Positions 50,312 through 64,000 of a stretch of DNA of 64,000 nucleotides are shown here, in pieces. Under the pieces are notes generated by a model. The model searched no databases. It was not told the origin of the DNA and was given only the letters and a program-made list of their open reading frames with translations. The translations under genes were made by a program, and so were the position numbers. Position 1 is the first letter of the stretch. Every line of letters begins with the position of its first letter. Where the stretch lies: NCBI RefSeq assembly GCF_036321535.1, contig NC_087436.1, forward strand, positions 92,878,001 through 92,942,000, read 5' to 3'. This stretch comes from Camelus dromedarius. Taxonomy: Eukaryota.

Positions 50312-53300
50312 CACCCACTGGCCCTGTGTCCTTCCTATTCTTGAACTTGACAAATGGCCCCTTATATAAGGTGAATAAATGGAAATGCTAAAAGAAACAG
50401 CAGAAAGAAACCCACAAAGGGTATTTAACCCACTACAGCCAGAGACCCTTCACAGTATTAGCTGAAATAATTTCTAAGTGGAGAACATTTTAAATTTTTC
50501 CTCCTCATTATGAAGAAAATTATCTGTTTATTCAGCCTATATAACATGTCACTTCCTAGTCACTGCCCATGGCGGATTCAGTCCCCCTTCTTTTAAATCT
50601 TCTTGACCCTTCCCCTCAAAATGTTTTCATTTTGATAATCCCTTACTCCATGTTTTTAGTTAACCAGCTATCTTCAAAGGTTCTTGAAGGACAGTACTGG
50701 TTCTTCACTGTCAACCAGGCTTGACATTTTTAGCTATTTGTGAATTAATTACCTGGCATGTCCTCATGAGCTCATAGATCTTGTAGGAGTGTACACAATT
50801 ATGCAGCAAATGTATTTATAGTTCTTGATGTAAGATTTCACCCCTATACTCATCAGATGAGCAGCATCTTCTTTTTGTGCTTTGCTTTTCCATCCTCCCT
50901 AACTAGATACCGAATGTATGTTACAAAGCATCTATAGAAGAACCTATGGTACAGTGGGAGTTAATTACTGTTATTAACTTACTGGCTTTATTAGTTTTGA
51001 ATGAAGCACATAACTGTGGCTACAGTTATTTAAGCACTCGTTATTAGCTAAAATAATTTGCAATTTTTGGACACACTCTCATGATGTACAATTTAAAATG
51101 ACAATTGGAGATTCAGAAAAAGAATCCCCACCTCTCATTTGTCTTTAATAAATCTTGCTGTCAAGCAGTAAACATTTTAACTTAACGTATAACTATCTGA
51201 GTGACCCTTTATTTCACTCTTTCAAAGCCATTTTATTATCAATTTTATATTTTATAAGGTGGAAAACATATCTACTAGCTCTATTATGCCATGTTTTAAA
51301 TTTAAAAGTATTTTCCGGAATTCAGAAAGATCATTGCAGATAGCAAATTCATGAAGGGAAAATAATTATTTATCTTGTTTAATATTTTTCCTAATGCCCT
51401 GTCATCCTCATTTGCTCTTAATATTTATTTTAGATATATCCATGGTATCTACGAAATCTATTTAGTAAGGAAGGACAAAGGGAGAAGCATAGTACAAAAA
51501 CTAAAAGTTGAAAACGTGTTAGTTACTTCCAATCAAGATATCAAAAAAAAGGCATATCTGAAATTATTATGTAAAGAAATGAAATGGTAGAATTTTGTTT
51601 GCTGTTGAAGTCTCTTTTACAGAGTTTCTTTCAGGAATCCACCTACCATACAACTGATAAAATTTTTATTTTGCAATTTTGTCATGTTCTGTACATGTAG
51701 TGAAAGCCATTTGATTGTTGTCATTGTTGATGAAAGCAGAAGCCTTACTGATGAGCAGAAAAATGTCAAGTAGTTCCAAGTGGTGCCCTGTGTTCTATAA
51801 ATAAAGTATAGTGCAAAGGACAAATGGTGACCCATAGACTTTGTCAGGTACTGGTTTTCCTAAGACCAGAACCATAGACCAGAGAGGGAATGTCTGGATT
51901 AATTTAACTTCCCATTTTTCAGATGAGAAAACTGAGGGCTGTACAGATAAAATGGTGGTCACAATGTTCATTCATGGTAGGACTACAAGGACAATGGAGT
52001 TTTCTTCCCACCTCCTCTCTGGCCTCTTACTAAATCAGGGACACATTTCTCAACCATTCTTTCCCATATCCATAAAAAAGAAATAAATAAAGAAAAAAGA
52101 AATCCAAAAGGTATCCAGTTCTTGCAAGACCCTCCTCCCACTTGCCACTTACCTCTAATAAACTAATATCTGCACAGACCAAAGGAAACCACAAGGGCAG
52201 TTAAATCAATGCCAACAGCCCACTTGGGGAGCTGGGTGACAGGAATTCTCCTTTCATAGAAGGTTTTTGTTCTTTAGAATTATCTGGATAGTTCCCTCAA
52301 TATACCCATTTTTGTTTCCCTACTTGCAACAAAATGAAGGAAATAAAAATGCTTCAAATAGGAAAAAGAAAAAAAGAAAGAAAAGGAAGAGAGAAAGAAA
52401 AAGGGCTGTGCCTGTACATACAAAGAGGAAAAAATGCCCCCAGGTGAGTGGAAAAGAAGGTATTTGGACCTACAATTGTCCAGTTTGCCTGTTGCTAAAT
52501 CCTGAATTTATTGTGTAATTCATTTCACCCTTCACTTCTCTGGCTAACTATCACCACATCCTAAAATATCATATAGAATTTACTTATTTTCCTAATAGTA
52601 TAATCTTTTAAGTCTGTCATTTGATACAAATCCATAATCTGACAATTATCAATTATGCTTTTCAAAAATCTTTTAATGCTTCTGTTTACATGCACAATAA
52701 GCAGGGATAACATTCTTCTTATTTTCAATAATGACATTCATTAACTTGCTATGAGGATGATTACTTTGGTAGTTATTGTCAGATCTTACAATTTCTGAAA
52801 ATGATGTGGTTTACTGAAACATTTTTAGGAATTTAAAAGGCAATACCAAGTAAATAATTTAAATCAAATCTACCTCCTCTCTCCCTTAGTTGGGTAACTT
52901 AAACAGTAGGTGTCATGAATTTTCTGCATGATTTGACCTTCTGATCCCAGTCTACCTTGTACATGACTTTAAAAAATTGTTTAAAAATGGCACTTTATCT
53001 CTTCTTTGCAATTATGAGATACATTTTTACTTTAGAACATTTTTGAGTTTTAATAAGGATTTAATAACCTCTGATTTAGAGGCAGCTAGAGCAAAGTTGT
53101 TGAATTTAATAGAGGCTAACATATGGGAAGGGTTTTAAAGAGCCATGCACATCAAAACCCCAAAATGGTTTCAATCAGCAGGTATCCCGATGTTTATTTA
53201 ATGAAGAAATGTATGAGCAGCTGCTGTCTCCCAATTTTAGATGTGGTTATCTTTCATTGTGCTGCAGCAAATCAGGAAGAAGAACAGATTTTAGCTGTAG

Positions 53301-54829
53301 TTTGGGATCACTCTGTTAGCTATGCAGGGCTACACCAGTAGATTCATAAACAAGAACAAGGAGGCTAGTTTAAGGAAGCAAATCAAATATAACAACTCTG
53401 GGGATGGTATCTGTGGGTTGTGTTTTTAGATCTTTTGCTAACTTTTAAGTCATAAGAATTTTTCAAGTTTAGATTAAGTCCTGAAGGTCTTTGTGGAGAT
53501 AAATAAAAATCCAATCTGACACTGATTCTTGATTGACCTTGTGGTCTGATTGCAGATGGACATATGAGGCTAATTTTTGTTGCCCAGTGCCTGGTGGGCA
53601 CTGACAATACCATCATATCCCTCTAACCATGCCAAGGGAAAAAAGTGGATGACTGAGGCTATGATATGGTCCAGAAGGTTTATGGGGCAATAGCTCCCAG
53701 GACAGACATTCTTACAGCAGGTATATCTAGCTGTGAATGCACTATCCATTTTACTTCTATTTAAAGCAAAGGATTTGGGGCTTGTAAATATATTTATTTC
53801 TTTGATACATGTCTGCCTTTTGAACAGATGTGAATTGAGAGATACATATACTGATTGCTCTCTCAGTATCAATATATATGTTGGACTTCTTAAAAATGAA
53901 TAAAGTTGGTATTTAGGGACCTTAATAGGGACTTCAGAGAGCAATTATGAGAACCTTTTTATAACTTTGACCTTGGGGATAGGGGTTAACTACAGCCTTA
54001 CCACTTTAACCTAATATTTCTTGTGAACAGTTCCTAAGTTTGGCAGGGACATCTTTTAAGAAAGGTAGCCCTGAATCTGCTATAATGGGGCCTACTGTAA
54101 TGTATATTAAGGTTAAGTTGGAGTTGTATATTTAAATTCTCCATCAGGGTCATTACACGTGATGAGTTTATTTGGGAAGTTGAGAATGCAGTTTTTTCTT
54201 TCATCTTTTCTTTCTCTTTTCTTCTACCCCCTTCTTTTCCCTACAGTTTCACCATGATACTTATTTATTCATTTTTTTCATATTCATTAAGTTAAAAATA
54301 TGCTTATTGGTGACTAAGGTAAAGGATTTGTCTGATTTAGTTTCTCAGAGGCCCTAAGCATTTCATGAAAATCCCTACTGTATGTCTGAAATGAAGAAGA
54401 AAACAGAGAGGTAACTTGAGCTTTTATCCAACAGCAATGATCTAGCTCTAATGACTGAGTACAGGTAAGGACCAGGAGTGTGGATTAATCTGTAATTGAC
54501 CTGCATTGCCTGTGACGGATCGGGCAAATGGGTTTGCCAGTGAATTGATCGCTGTGGCAGAAAATATAGTCAACGTCAGGAAAGTAGCCCTTAGCTCAGC
54601 TAAAAGCAAGGGCTCTGAGACCAACTGGTTGAAATCTGGGCCCTCCCACCTACCAGCTGTGCGACCTTGGGCAAACAACTTAACCTCTCTGCTCCTTTTC
54701 CTCATTGGATTGTTACGAGGATTAAATGATCAATACTGGCTTAATGCTTAGAACAAAATAGTTCTAACCACACTCGTTACAGTGGTGACGCTACCACTCA
54801 ATCTCCCTGCCTTCACTAGGGAACCCTTC

Positions 54830-57160
54830 ACACTCAGCATCCCCTCGCTTGCATACTCTTGCGAAAGCAGCCTCCCCCGGGTCGGAAGACTGTTCCGCCC
54901 CCGACTGCTCTCGGGATCCGCTCACATCTTAACACCTTGACCTTCCCTTGGCCTGGCCGGCCCCATGTCCGCTGGGCTGGAGCTGGAGTATGAGCAGGGA
55001 TGAGGCCAAGGGACCTCGCACCCAGGCGGATGGCAGAGATCCCGAGAGGGGCAGAGAGGCCTGAAAGCGGGCGGGAGCTGGCGGGGCGCACTCCGGGTGC
55101 ATGCTAATGAGCAGCGCGGGCAGCGCCCGCCGCCGCCGGCGCGCTCGCAGTGCAGGAGCCGCGCCCCGGCCGGGGCACGCGGTGCCACTCAGGCCCGCGG
55201 GGGGCGCGCAGCTCGCAGCAGCCGCGCGCCCGGGCCTCTCAAAGCCCCTTTCAGCAGCTCTGCGGGCTCCTCACCGGAGGAGTCTGGAGCGACATAAAAG
55301 CGCATTATGAAAATTATAATATCAGCCACAGAGCATGTCCAGGGAGGCAGCTCTGCACCTTTGAGCCATTGAGCCTCGTTCAGCTGGGCCGAGGGGGGAA
55401 ATATCCATTTGAATTCGGCCCCTGAATGGGGGCAGTGGCGGCGGCAAAGGCAACAGTGCCTCCTTTATCCATCCGGCCACTTCTCCTGCTTGCTCATTCC
55501 CGGGCTGTTGCACCTTGTCTCCTTATGGGCAAGGGTGTGGAACGGGAGGGGTATGGGGAGGACAAGGGAGAAGCAGAAGTGAGGGGCCCCAATTCACAGC
55601 CGGGCTGGAATAAGGAGCGTTGTCATTCGGGTCCCCACGAGAATGATAAATGAGGCTTTCTGGGGCCCGAGGAAATTTCTGTTCTGCTGGGGATTGCAGG
55701 AGCAGGGGGTCAAGGGCTGAGTGCATTTACCGAAGGTTGGAAGGGAGTGGATTCGGGGGTCATGCCCCATTTTCTTGCCTGTGTGCCGAGCCGGACCAGC
55801 CATTATTGGGGCGTTTTTCCATCAGAGCTCGGATTCCGGCATCTGGAATTAGCGGGTGGGCGGAGGTGAACACCTCTAAGCTTGGGGATCCCGGTGCAGG
55901 TCTCTGGGCTGGGACCGGACACGTCTTGGACTCAAATGGGGGAACGAACACCTGCAAACGCATCCAAGGAAGCCGAGGTCAGAGTGACCCCGCACGAGGG
56001 TCTCCTCCCAGCCTGCAGGGCGCGCCACTTCGGCTGTCTGACTCCGAGTCAGGCCTTACCACGCCAGTCTACCCCTCCATCCCTTCGGACTCCTTAGGAT
56101 CCTGGGGCGGAATTCGCACGCTGGGGCCCCGAGGCGGGTATGATCTATTATAGCAGATGAGTTGGCCCACCATTCAGAGCCCTGTCCATTGTCTTGTTAA
56201 TCACCTTTCATTATGGACTGCTCAGGACCGTCATAAAGCTTTTAATATTAATAAGGCCCAGAGCACCAGCCCCCAGCACTGCGGTGGTGAGCGACCTAGC
56301 AGACAGCGCAGGTGTCGCGCTGCAACCTGTTCAGCCAGCCAGGGCAGGAGTGTCCCGGGGTTAGCGCCCGACGCTGGGGCTGGGGGACGCAGGTGGCGCA
56401 GGGTTCCAAAACAAGACTGGGAAGAAAAACAAAACAAAGCAAACCCCCTCCTCCAAACAAAGGGATTTGTTTGGCTCCAACATGTGCGCCCGAAGAGTTT
56501 AACTCTAGGGGAGAGGGGAGGTGAGAACCGGGGCTGGGGAAAGCAAAGGTCCGCTTGGGCAGGGATGTGACATTTCCTGTGGTGAAGCCTGCATTGGCTG
56601 CTAATAGAGATCTAATTGATGGGTGAAGTCCCATTTCCGCGCGCTCTCCTTTATTGCTCCATCCAGTCTGTTGCAAAATATAACCTTAATTTGATTTAGC
56701 AATTCCTCCAGGATTCTGTGCGAGCTTCCAGCCCAGAAAAAAAATCGTTATTAAAAAAGTTAAAGTATAGACTTGGATTCGGTGCGTTGCCTTTTAAAAA
56801 TCTTGCCCCAGCTTCTGACATTTAGCACTTTCTCTTTTTGTAATCGCCGGGTCTTTTATGATTATTAATACCCGCAGTGCTCTGGGATCTACGCAGTGCT
56901 CGACTATTGGGGATGCAAATTGGCGCCGAGGCGCAAAGGCCAGTGGGCGCATGGACTGCGGACCGAGCTGCAGGCCCGCTCTGCAGGCCCGCAGCTTCAG
57001 GCCCGCCGGGATTCGCCAAGCCAGAGTGGTGTAGGGTTTCTGTAATGTCATGCCTAACCCAGGATTCCCGCAGAGGCCGCCCAGGGACAGCGAGTCTTGG
57101 AGCAGGAGCTGTCTGGTGCCAGGGGTGGCGCGCAGGTGGGAGGGACCCGGGCTGAGGAGG
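54830..57160. promoter_or_regulatory. CpG-island cluster with homeobox-motif blocks
   Basis: Very CpG-dense at 55050-55300 and 56280-57150, with AT-rich TAAT blocks between. Confidence 0.75.
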
Positions 57161-58676
57161 TGTTTTCACTCTCCCACATTAGCTTCCCAACAGGGTTTAA
57201 AAGTAATGGCACAGTGTATATAGGTGCCTTGTCCATAAAATCGTTTGGGTGCACGAAGTTGTCCAGAGGCTATGACTCTGGGTGTTGTATGGAGATGAAA
57301 CTCGGCTCTTGTTTGTAATACAAACTGGATGTTAACGAGGCCATTCTAAGATTAAGGCTTTCTTCCTTCCTCCCCGCCTCTGTCCTCAGCCCCAACCCCA
57401 TCCCTACTTCTCTCCTGTAAATTAAATGCATATCTTCCTGAACTCCTGCTTGGTTCTAAGAGACTGCTTTTACTGGAACAACAACACATCTCCTAGGTTT
57501 TTGTTTACTTCTTCCTTCTCTTTTTTCTCCCAGTAGGTTGGGGAAGCCCCTTAGGGAAGTATATTTGTATCTAGACATCTGATGTCATATCATAGACATT
57601 GTTACAAAAAATGTACATAAACAATAGCGCCTCCCTGACCTTCTCTTTACCATGTCAACAAAGTTGTGTAAGAGAAATGATGGGGTTTAAACCCACCCAT
57701 TACCATTCACATGATCTTGGTTAGATTCAATCTCCTAGCCTTGGCTTTTTCACTTTAAAAATGACATTGAAAATAAAATAATATAACTCCAAAGGTTGTT
57801 TTTGAAGTAATGTGCAAGAAAACTCCTTGTAATGTGCCTATAAAAACAAAATAATCATTATGGAAACCTAAAAGTAGAAATCTAAGTCATTAATCAGTAG
57901 AATAGAACTTTGGAAGATTATAGAAGCCTCCTTTCCCTAAATTCAGAACTGGCTTTTGTCAAGGTACCTGGATAGAGCTTCATGATTTACTTTGTCTCAG
58001 AAGCCCCTGAATTTAGTGTCAGGCTTCTCTCCTAAACTTGAGTCTCCCAGATTTTTTCTTTTTTTAATAACCAGCAGTTGCATCTGCTGGTCTTAAAAAA
58101 CATTCTGCTTTCTGTGAAGCAGTGGTCTCCAATTCCACGAACAAATCAACGAGTTTTTAAAAAACTGATCATCAAATTTCCCAAGTGCAACTCCAAGAAA
58201 TCTCCTGGAGCAGCAAGGAAGGTGAGGCCCGAGCTTCTGGTGGCCATGTAAGTCATCCTGTGCACTCTCTCCCCCACCACAGGGCCTCTTCATCACAGAG
58301 ATGTGGAGCAGTGGGAAGGAGTGCTCAGGCATTCCCTGGCCCCACCGCCTCTCTGCAACACCCTTGATGGGTTTAATGAGGCGGAACACCGTGAAGGGGA
58401 TGTGAACTGGTCCAAATGATTGATGAAGCCAGGGGCAAAGCCCAGGCGTTTCCAGATAAAGCCCCATACAGCCTGTGATAAAGGCAGGATAGTGGCAGGG
58501 CTGGGCTCCTTCAAAAGCAGTGGCCCAAATGCATTGAGAGAAAACAGGGAGGGAAGGTGCTCTGTTGTTACCTAATCAGTTCAGGCACTAAGCCACCAGC
58601 CACAGAGCAGAGGAGAGCTGCAGAGGAAGTGGGGTGGGTGAAGAAAGGCGGATCTCTGCTCCCTCGTGCACTTGCG

Positions 58677-58738
<62 letters not shown>
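58677..58738. repeat. (CT)n(CA)n compound microsatellite
   Basis: Direct observation. Confidence 0.96.
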
Positions 58739-61700
58739 GCTGCCTGCCTCTCACTCCTTCTCCCTTCTGCCTTAGCCAAGACCAGATCAGCCTCAGCCTC
58801 AGACGCCACATATGTCCAGGTACTCAGCCTGGGACCTGGGCCTTCCCTTCCATGGGGCACAGAGAGAGGGAGCAAAGGTCCCAGCAGAGCACAAGTAACT
58901 GGGCATCACTTGACAGGCCTGACTCAGTGTTTTAGGGCACCTCCTGGTTCCCTTCCCAGGTATTAGAAAGTAATTCTTAAAACAACAATTTCTAGTCTAT
59001 GAAAGTGAGCAGAAGGCGGGGAGGGGGGAGTCTCAAACCCACTCAGGGATTTCAATGAAAAAAATTGTTATTTCTCTGTTAAAAGCAACTAAAATAAAAC
59101 AAGATTCACTGGCTTAGGGTAAAAACAAAACTAAATTTTTTCTGTACATATTATTTTTGAAAGGATGTTACCTTATAGTTCTTAGAACAAATAAATAAAG
59201 ATGATAACAGTCATTTAGCCAGAAATAATTTTGGAATTAGAGTGTACAAGGTCTGGGGACACCCTAGCTGCCAAACGAACATAAATATACTTACAGCAGG
59301 TGACACCATGTGGTTAAGCTGCTTCGGCTCCCAAAGAAACAGAATAGGAAGCACTGTTTCCTTTTTTTCCCTCCTGAACCTCAGGGCCTGGTGGGCAAAC
59401 ATAGTACCTTTTTTCCCCACAATCCAATGTCAATTCACAAGCCCTTACTTATACATACAGAAGGGTTAAGGAACATTTCCACCCACAGAATTAAAGTTTG
59501 GAGTTTTTAGTAGGGGCCTAATTCTGACACAATTCTTTATATGTAACTTCTACCGCTAAGTTTCAATCATTGACTAGAACTTGTCCTCAATTTCTCTTTC
59601 ATGGATATAGAAGCTATATCTTATTATATCCTATGTTTCAAAGGCTATGTATGATAATACTGCTGGTATTCATGAAGGTTTGAGAGCCCCATGGATGAAT
59701 GAGGTGGTAAGAACCACCCCGCGCTTCTTCTGATTTTAAAAGGAACTTGCCTGGACATTAGCTTTCTACCCTATCAAACAGCATTTGTATAATATAATGA
59801 TTTATTCTGTCCATTTTTACTATGCATGCCTATCAACTGCAGGTCATTCTTTTTTTTTTAATCCCTGAGCTTTCAGCTAAGAAGGCAGGCTCCCAGTGTC
59901 GAGGTATCCTGTCTATTGAATGATTGTGTATTGCAATACATGCAAGGAGAGCTTAATAAATAAATCATATGAGCTTATCACTTAAAAGAGAAAAGATGGA
60001 AAATTATGGTCAAGCACCTTCAGGGAGGAAAAGTGTTTTTTAAAATAACATTTTTCTCCAATAGCAAAGCAATACTTACTATTTTTAAAGGTTTTTGAAT
60101 GTATTATTTTAGAACTCTTTAGAAAAGATTTTATGATGGTATTTCTTAACAACATTCTCTTGACTATTCCCTTGAAAACATTCCTCAATTTATTGCATTA
60201 GAGTGAATCTTGCTTTCTTTCTGGAGCCCCTGGATATATGCTTACAGAAGTCTTTTGAGGAAGAAGATGAGACCAGGCTGGAAAATTTAATCTTTAAATT
60301 TAAAGACAACTATGGACTTATTCGAGAACAGAGGGAAATCATAATCTTTTAAAAACATTTAACTGCAGTCAGTATCATCTACATAAAATCTTTGTGGCCA
60401 CATCATTTGCCAAATTGGGTTGTAGAATTGAGACAATTCTTTATATAATTCAGCTGAATGGACACTGGTGAATGTAGAAACTTTTCCCCCAAAACACTTT
60501 ATAATGACTAGATACTGTAAATTGATTTTTATGATTAAGTAACTCCTTAGCTCTTGATGTCTTGTCTATGAACAAAATAAACTACAAGCTTTTTGGAATA
60601 AAAAGCCTGATGTGTATCTCTGGGTCTCTAATATTAAGCAGAAGTATCTAGTATTGCTACTTTAAGGAAAGAGCAAATCAATTTTCCTTAAAGTTGGCCT
60701 AAATTTCTGACTGAGGGTCCCAGGAACTCCCACGGCTATAATGGGGATCCTGTAGGCAATGTGCTTATAGAAATTACTCAAGAAAAAATACAAGTAACTT
60801 TTTATGCAATCATTTTCTAATATGTCTTGGGGATAAACGCACCTACAAGGTGGACTTTAATTAGCTGCCATATAGGAAAAGCTCTTACTGTCTTTTTTTA
60901 TAATTCTAAGTTTCTATTGTTTAACTGGGTTTTAAGAAAAATTGTGAAGTAGATTTGGGCAGATGAGTGAATCAGCATTTTTGTACCTTAAACATTAAAA
61001 AGTGAAATGACTTTATAATAAAAGATACAGGAAAATAACCCAGCATTAACTTAAGTATGTATGATTATTAGTATTTAGAGAATGTTTTTGGATATCATAA
61101 TAAAGATATTAATTATAAGAAAAATTTCCTGAAAGTGAGTTAAAAAAAACCAAACCTCTGCTAGACATTGTAAAATCTCTCTCTCTCTGGTCCCTTTCCT
61201 CTCCCACTTTAATTCAAGTTTCGTTTTTTCATTAAAAAAGAAAATAGTTGATTATTACCTCCTCATTTACTTTGTTTTAAGGAAGGTCAAGGAAATGAGC
61301 CTACAATTACATTTAAATTTTGCAGGGGCTGAATTTTTACTTAATTTTCTTTTCATGATAAATACTATTTTATTAGCTTGTCCAAGTATCTTTACTAAGG
61401 CTGTGCACATATTTGCATAGCTATTTCTTTATGCTTATAATTTTCCAGAAATATTTTATTTGCTTAAAAGTGCATGGTGAAAAATTTTGCTTTTCCTCTG
61501 AAAACTAGCTGGCTGTGGAATAAAAATGATGAAACTTTTTATATGCTTAGTCCTCACTGGATCTCTAGGGAAATCTGGAAAGAAATGACAAAATAACTAG
61601 CTATAGTGCCTGAAAAATTGCATTTGTTCAAGTGTAGGATGGAATTTCATAAACATTGGGATTTACATAACTATTTATATGACTATAGAGTTTCATAAGC

Positions 61701-64000
61701 AGGAAGTATTGATGTTTGATATTTACATGGCGATAGTTTTAGAACATTTGTTTGATAGTGATGCAGGTGGATTTTGTTTGTGTATTTAAATGAGGCTGTA
61801 GATAGCTGCATTCATATTCTTTTTATTTTTATTTCTTCTATCTTCTATGGTAAAAGCAAATCAAAACAAAGAAACCTCATGGCCTTAACTCAAGGCCAAA
61901 TTCTGTGGACCTCTTGATAAAGCTTTAAGGTCACTAAGTTAAAAACACCAGCAAGACATAAAAAGTTTGACTCTTATAGAGTCGAGTATGTTTATCTATA
62001 TAGTGAGTAACAAGATATCTCCCCAGCTTTTAAAATGTACCTCAGATTAATTTATAAAAGAGATTGGTCATTAGTAATGTTTTACAAAGAACTTGCAATT
62101 GTTTAAATATATCATTTATTCAAACTTGGAAGCTTAATATTCTTGTGATTCATTTTCTTTTGCACATATAAACATGCCCCATATTTTCAAAGACCATTCA
62201 TCTATTTATTGTTTTGAAGATAAACATCACTCACAATCTAGTTTCCAAACATTCTAGATGCATTTTTGTGTGACTCTATTTATCATATAATTTTCCCACA
62301 GGTCTTTATAAGATGCTATTTACCTCATTTTCCCTATAAATAATGTTTTCTCAGTAGGTCCTACTCTATCATGAAAAATGTTTTTTCTATATATTCTGAC
62401 TTTCCTGTGATTTTCACAGGTTTAGGAATGTGTCTTTAAAAATTTTAAAGTTATTTTAAAAAAAAAGTACCTACTGGAAGCGAATAAAATGCACAACAAA
62501 GATTAGCTGGGAAGTGTTCAATGTGCCTTGTTGGCTTGCTTTCTTCAGAAGCCACTCCTCTCAGTGGTCAGTTATAATAAAAGAAGAACAAAGTTCCTTG
62601 ATGTATACTGAAAAAAAAAGCTGCCTGCAGTTCCTTTCAATTGCTCTGTTGCCCAGGCAGGCCGGCCTCCAGCCAGAAGCCAGCAGGCAAAATTTAACAG
62701 CCACGCTTCAAAATGTTAGTAGCAGCTATCAATGCATCCATAACTCTTAGCCCTCTAGATATGGGGTCATCTTTCAATACTACCCCACTGTCATATACAA
62801 CATTTGTCTTGTCCCACATTCAACTGATTGTGTCAAACTATGGAAGGACTATATAATACACATATACAATAGCACAATGAAAGCAATAATCTCCAACCCA
62901 GTTTCTTTATTTATCTGAGTGCTATTACAAAGTTTCCTGCAGTAAGGAGAAGCTGGGAAGTCTGTGACATGTTCCAGCCCTGCAGTCGATCTTAGAGGAG
63001 TCAAAGCTCTGGAGGGCTGAAGTGCAGAATGCGATGGCTTTGGTGCTGCACAAGAATCCAGCTTTCCCATTACTTTGATAACCCATTCTGTTTTCCTGAA
63101 TTCTGGTAGCCACTACTTATATCATGTAGAATCTATTTTCTTTTTTACTTAAAAAAAGTAAATTATGCTAATGTTTATGGATTATGGCTGGCAAAATAAT
63201 AGATTATTTACTCACCTTGATTTTTAAGTACTACTGATTTCTTCGACCAAAACGAATCCTATATGCAAAAGCACATCTTATTTTCTTGTTGCTGAGTTGG
63301 ATTTACAAAATCATAGTGAGAGATTAAAGGTATACTTGCCTTAGAGTTTTTTCAAGTTGTTTTATCCGTGTATCAAAGCCTTCAAGAAAACAAAAGTCGG
63401 CTTTGGAGAATGATTGCATTTTCCTTTTGAATCTACACCTGCCATAAGGAGGGAAATGTCAACAAGTCAATAGAGAACATTTAATTATTTAGTCGCTGGA
63501 AAGGTTGACGAGGCATTTAGATACAAGCCTGAATGACTGGATAAAATAATGTTGAGAGGTACTGCACTCAATTTAGAAATATTACATAAAGCAGAGTTTT
63601 ATTAGGCTAAGCAATAGTAACAGTTGAAAAGCTGTGATACAGACACCCTTGCAATTAGGCTTTGTGTGCCACTAGTTAAATTTTTTAGATAATTATTTAA
63701 TTGTGTGATTATATGTCCGTATTTCTGAGCAATAGAGCCCACTTTCGCTATGGCAACATTATGAGAAAAATGACAAAGAAAGCAATGAGTTTCAGGAGAG
63801 CTGTGTTTTTTTTTTTTTTTTCAGCAATCAAAAGAAATGCTTTGTTCAAGAATATACGCCAGGATATGATTAATAGGAAAATGACCATCAAAAACCAAAT
63901 CGCATGGGGAGGGAGAAGAGGCTCTGAACCCAGGTGTAACAGAGAATTCGTAGTTCTTATACATCACAGAGCAGAGAAAGAGTCAGACAGCAGAGTTAGT

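Larger units (their letters stand above)
40591..50400 (+). ncRNA. Putative spliced lncRNA (LINC00682-orthologous position)
   Basis: TATA boxes at 40559 and 40621, donor AAC|GTAAGT at 40682/40683, strong acceptor at 49677-49678, donor GCA|GTGAGT at 49931/49932, AATAAA at 50374-50379. Recalled synteny between TMEM33 and PHOX2B. The exon structure is inferred. Confidence 0.5.

Noticed and set aside
54834..57318. PHOX2B or another homeobox coding exon
   Set aside because: No homeodomain (no WFQNRR-like motif) or polyalanine tract in any listed frame.
1..64000. CRISPR arrays, operons or prokaryotic defence systems
   Set aside because: The sequence is clearly mammalian (spliceosomal introns, SINE/LINE/LTR content), and no repeat-spacer array was seen.

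Overview
Mammalian genomic DNA, most likely camelid: it carries tRNA-derived Vic-1-type SINEs, and I saw no Alu, Bov-A/tA or PRE-1 elements. Bases 1-12.8 kb hold the 5' part of TMEM33 on the minus strand: a CpG-island promoter and coding exons 1-5 (530 nt of CDS), with the remaining exons beyond base 1. Intron 3 is a minor-spliceosome (U12-type) GT-AG intron, and intron 4 contains a candidate poison exon. Bases 13-39 kb are repeat-rich intergenic DNA (MaLR and ERV1 solo LTRs, MER63/MER5, L1/L2/MIR, a decayed reverse-transcriptase fossil). Three co-oriented CTCF motifs lie at 31-40 kb. Bases 40-58.5 kb contain CpG islands with no recognisable coding gene, interleaved with homeobox-motif-rich blocks. 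From recalled human synteny (TMEM33 - LINC00682 - PHOX2B) this should be the LINC00682-like locus in the distal PHOX2B regulatory landscape. On the + strand I see a double-TATA promoter with a PHOX2-type P3 site, a short first exon, and a strongly defined exon about 9 kb downstream carrying a 48-codon smORF. Repeat family names and synteny come from recall, not from a database search.
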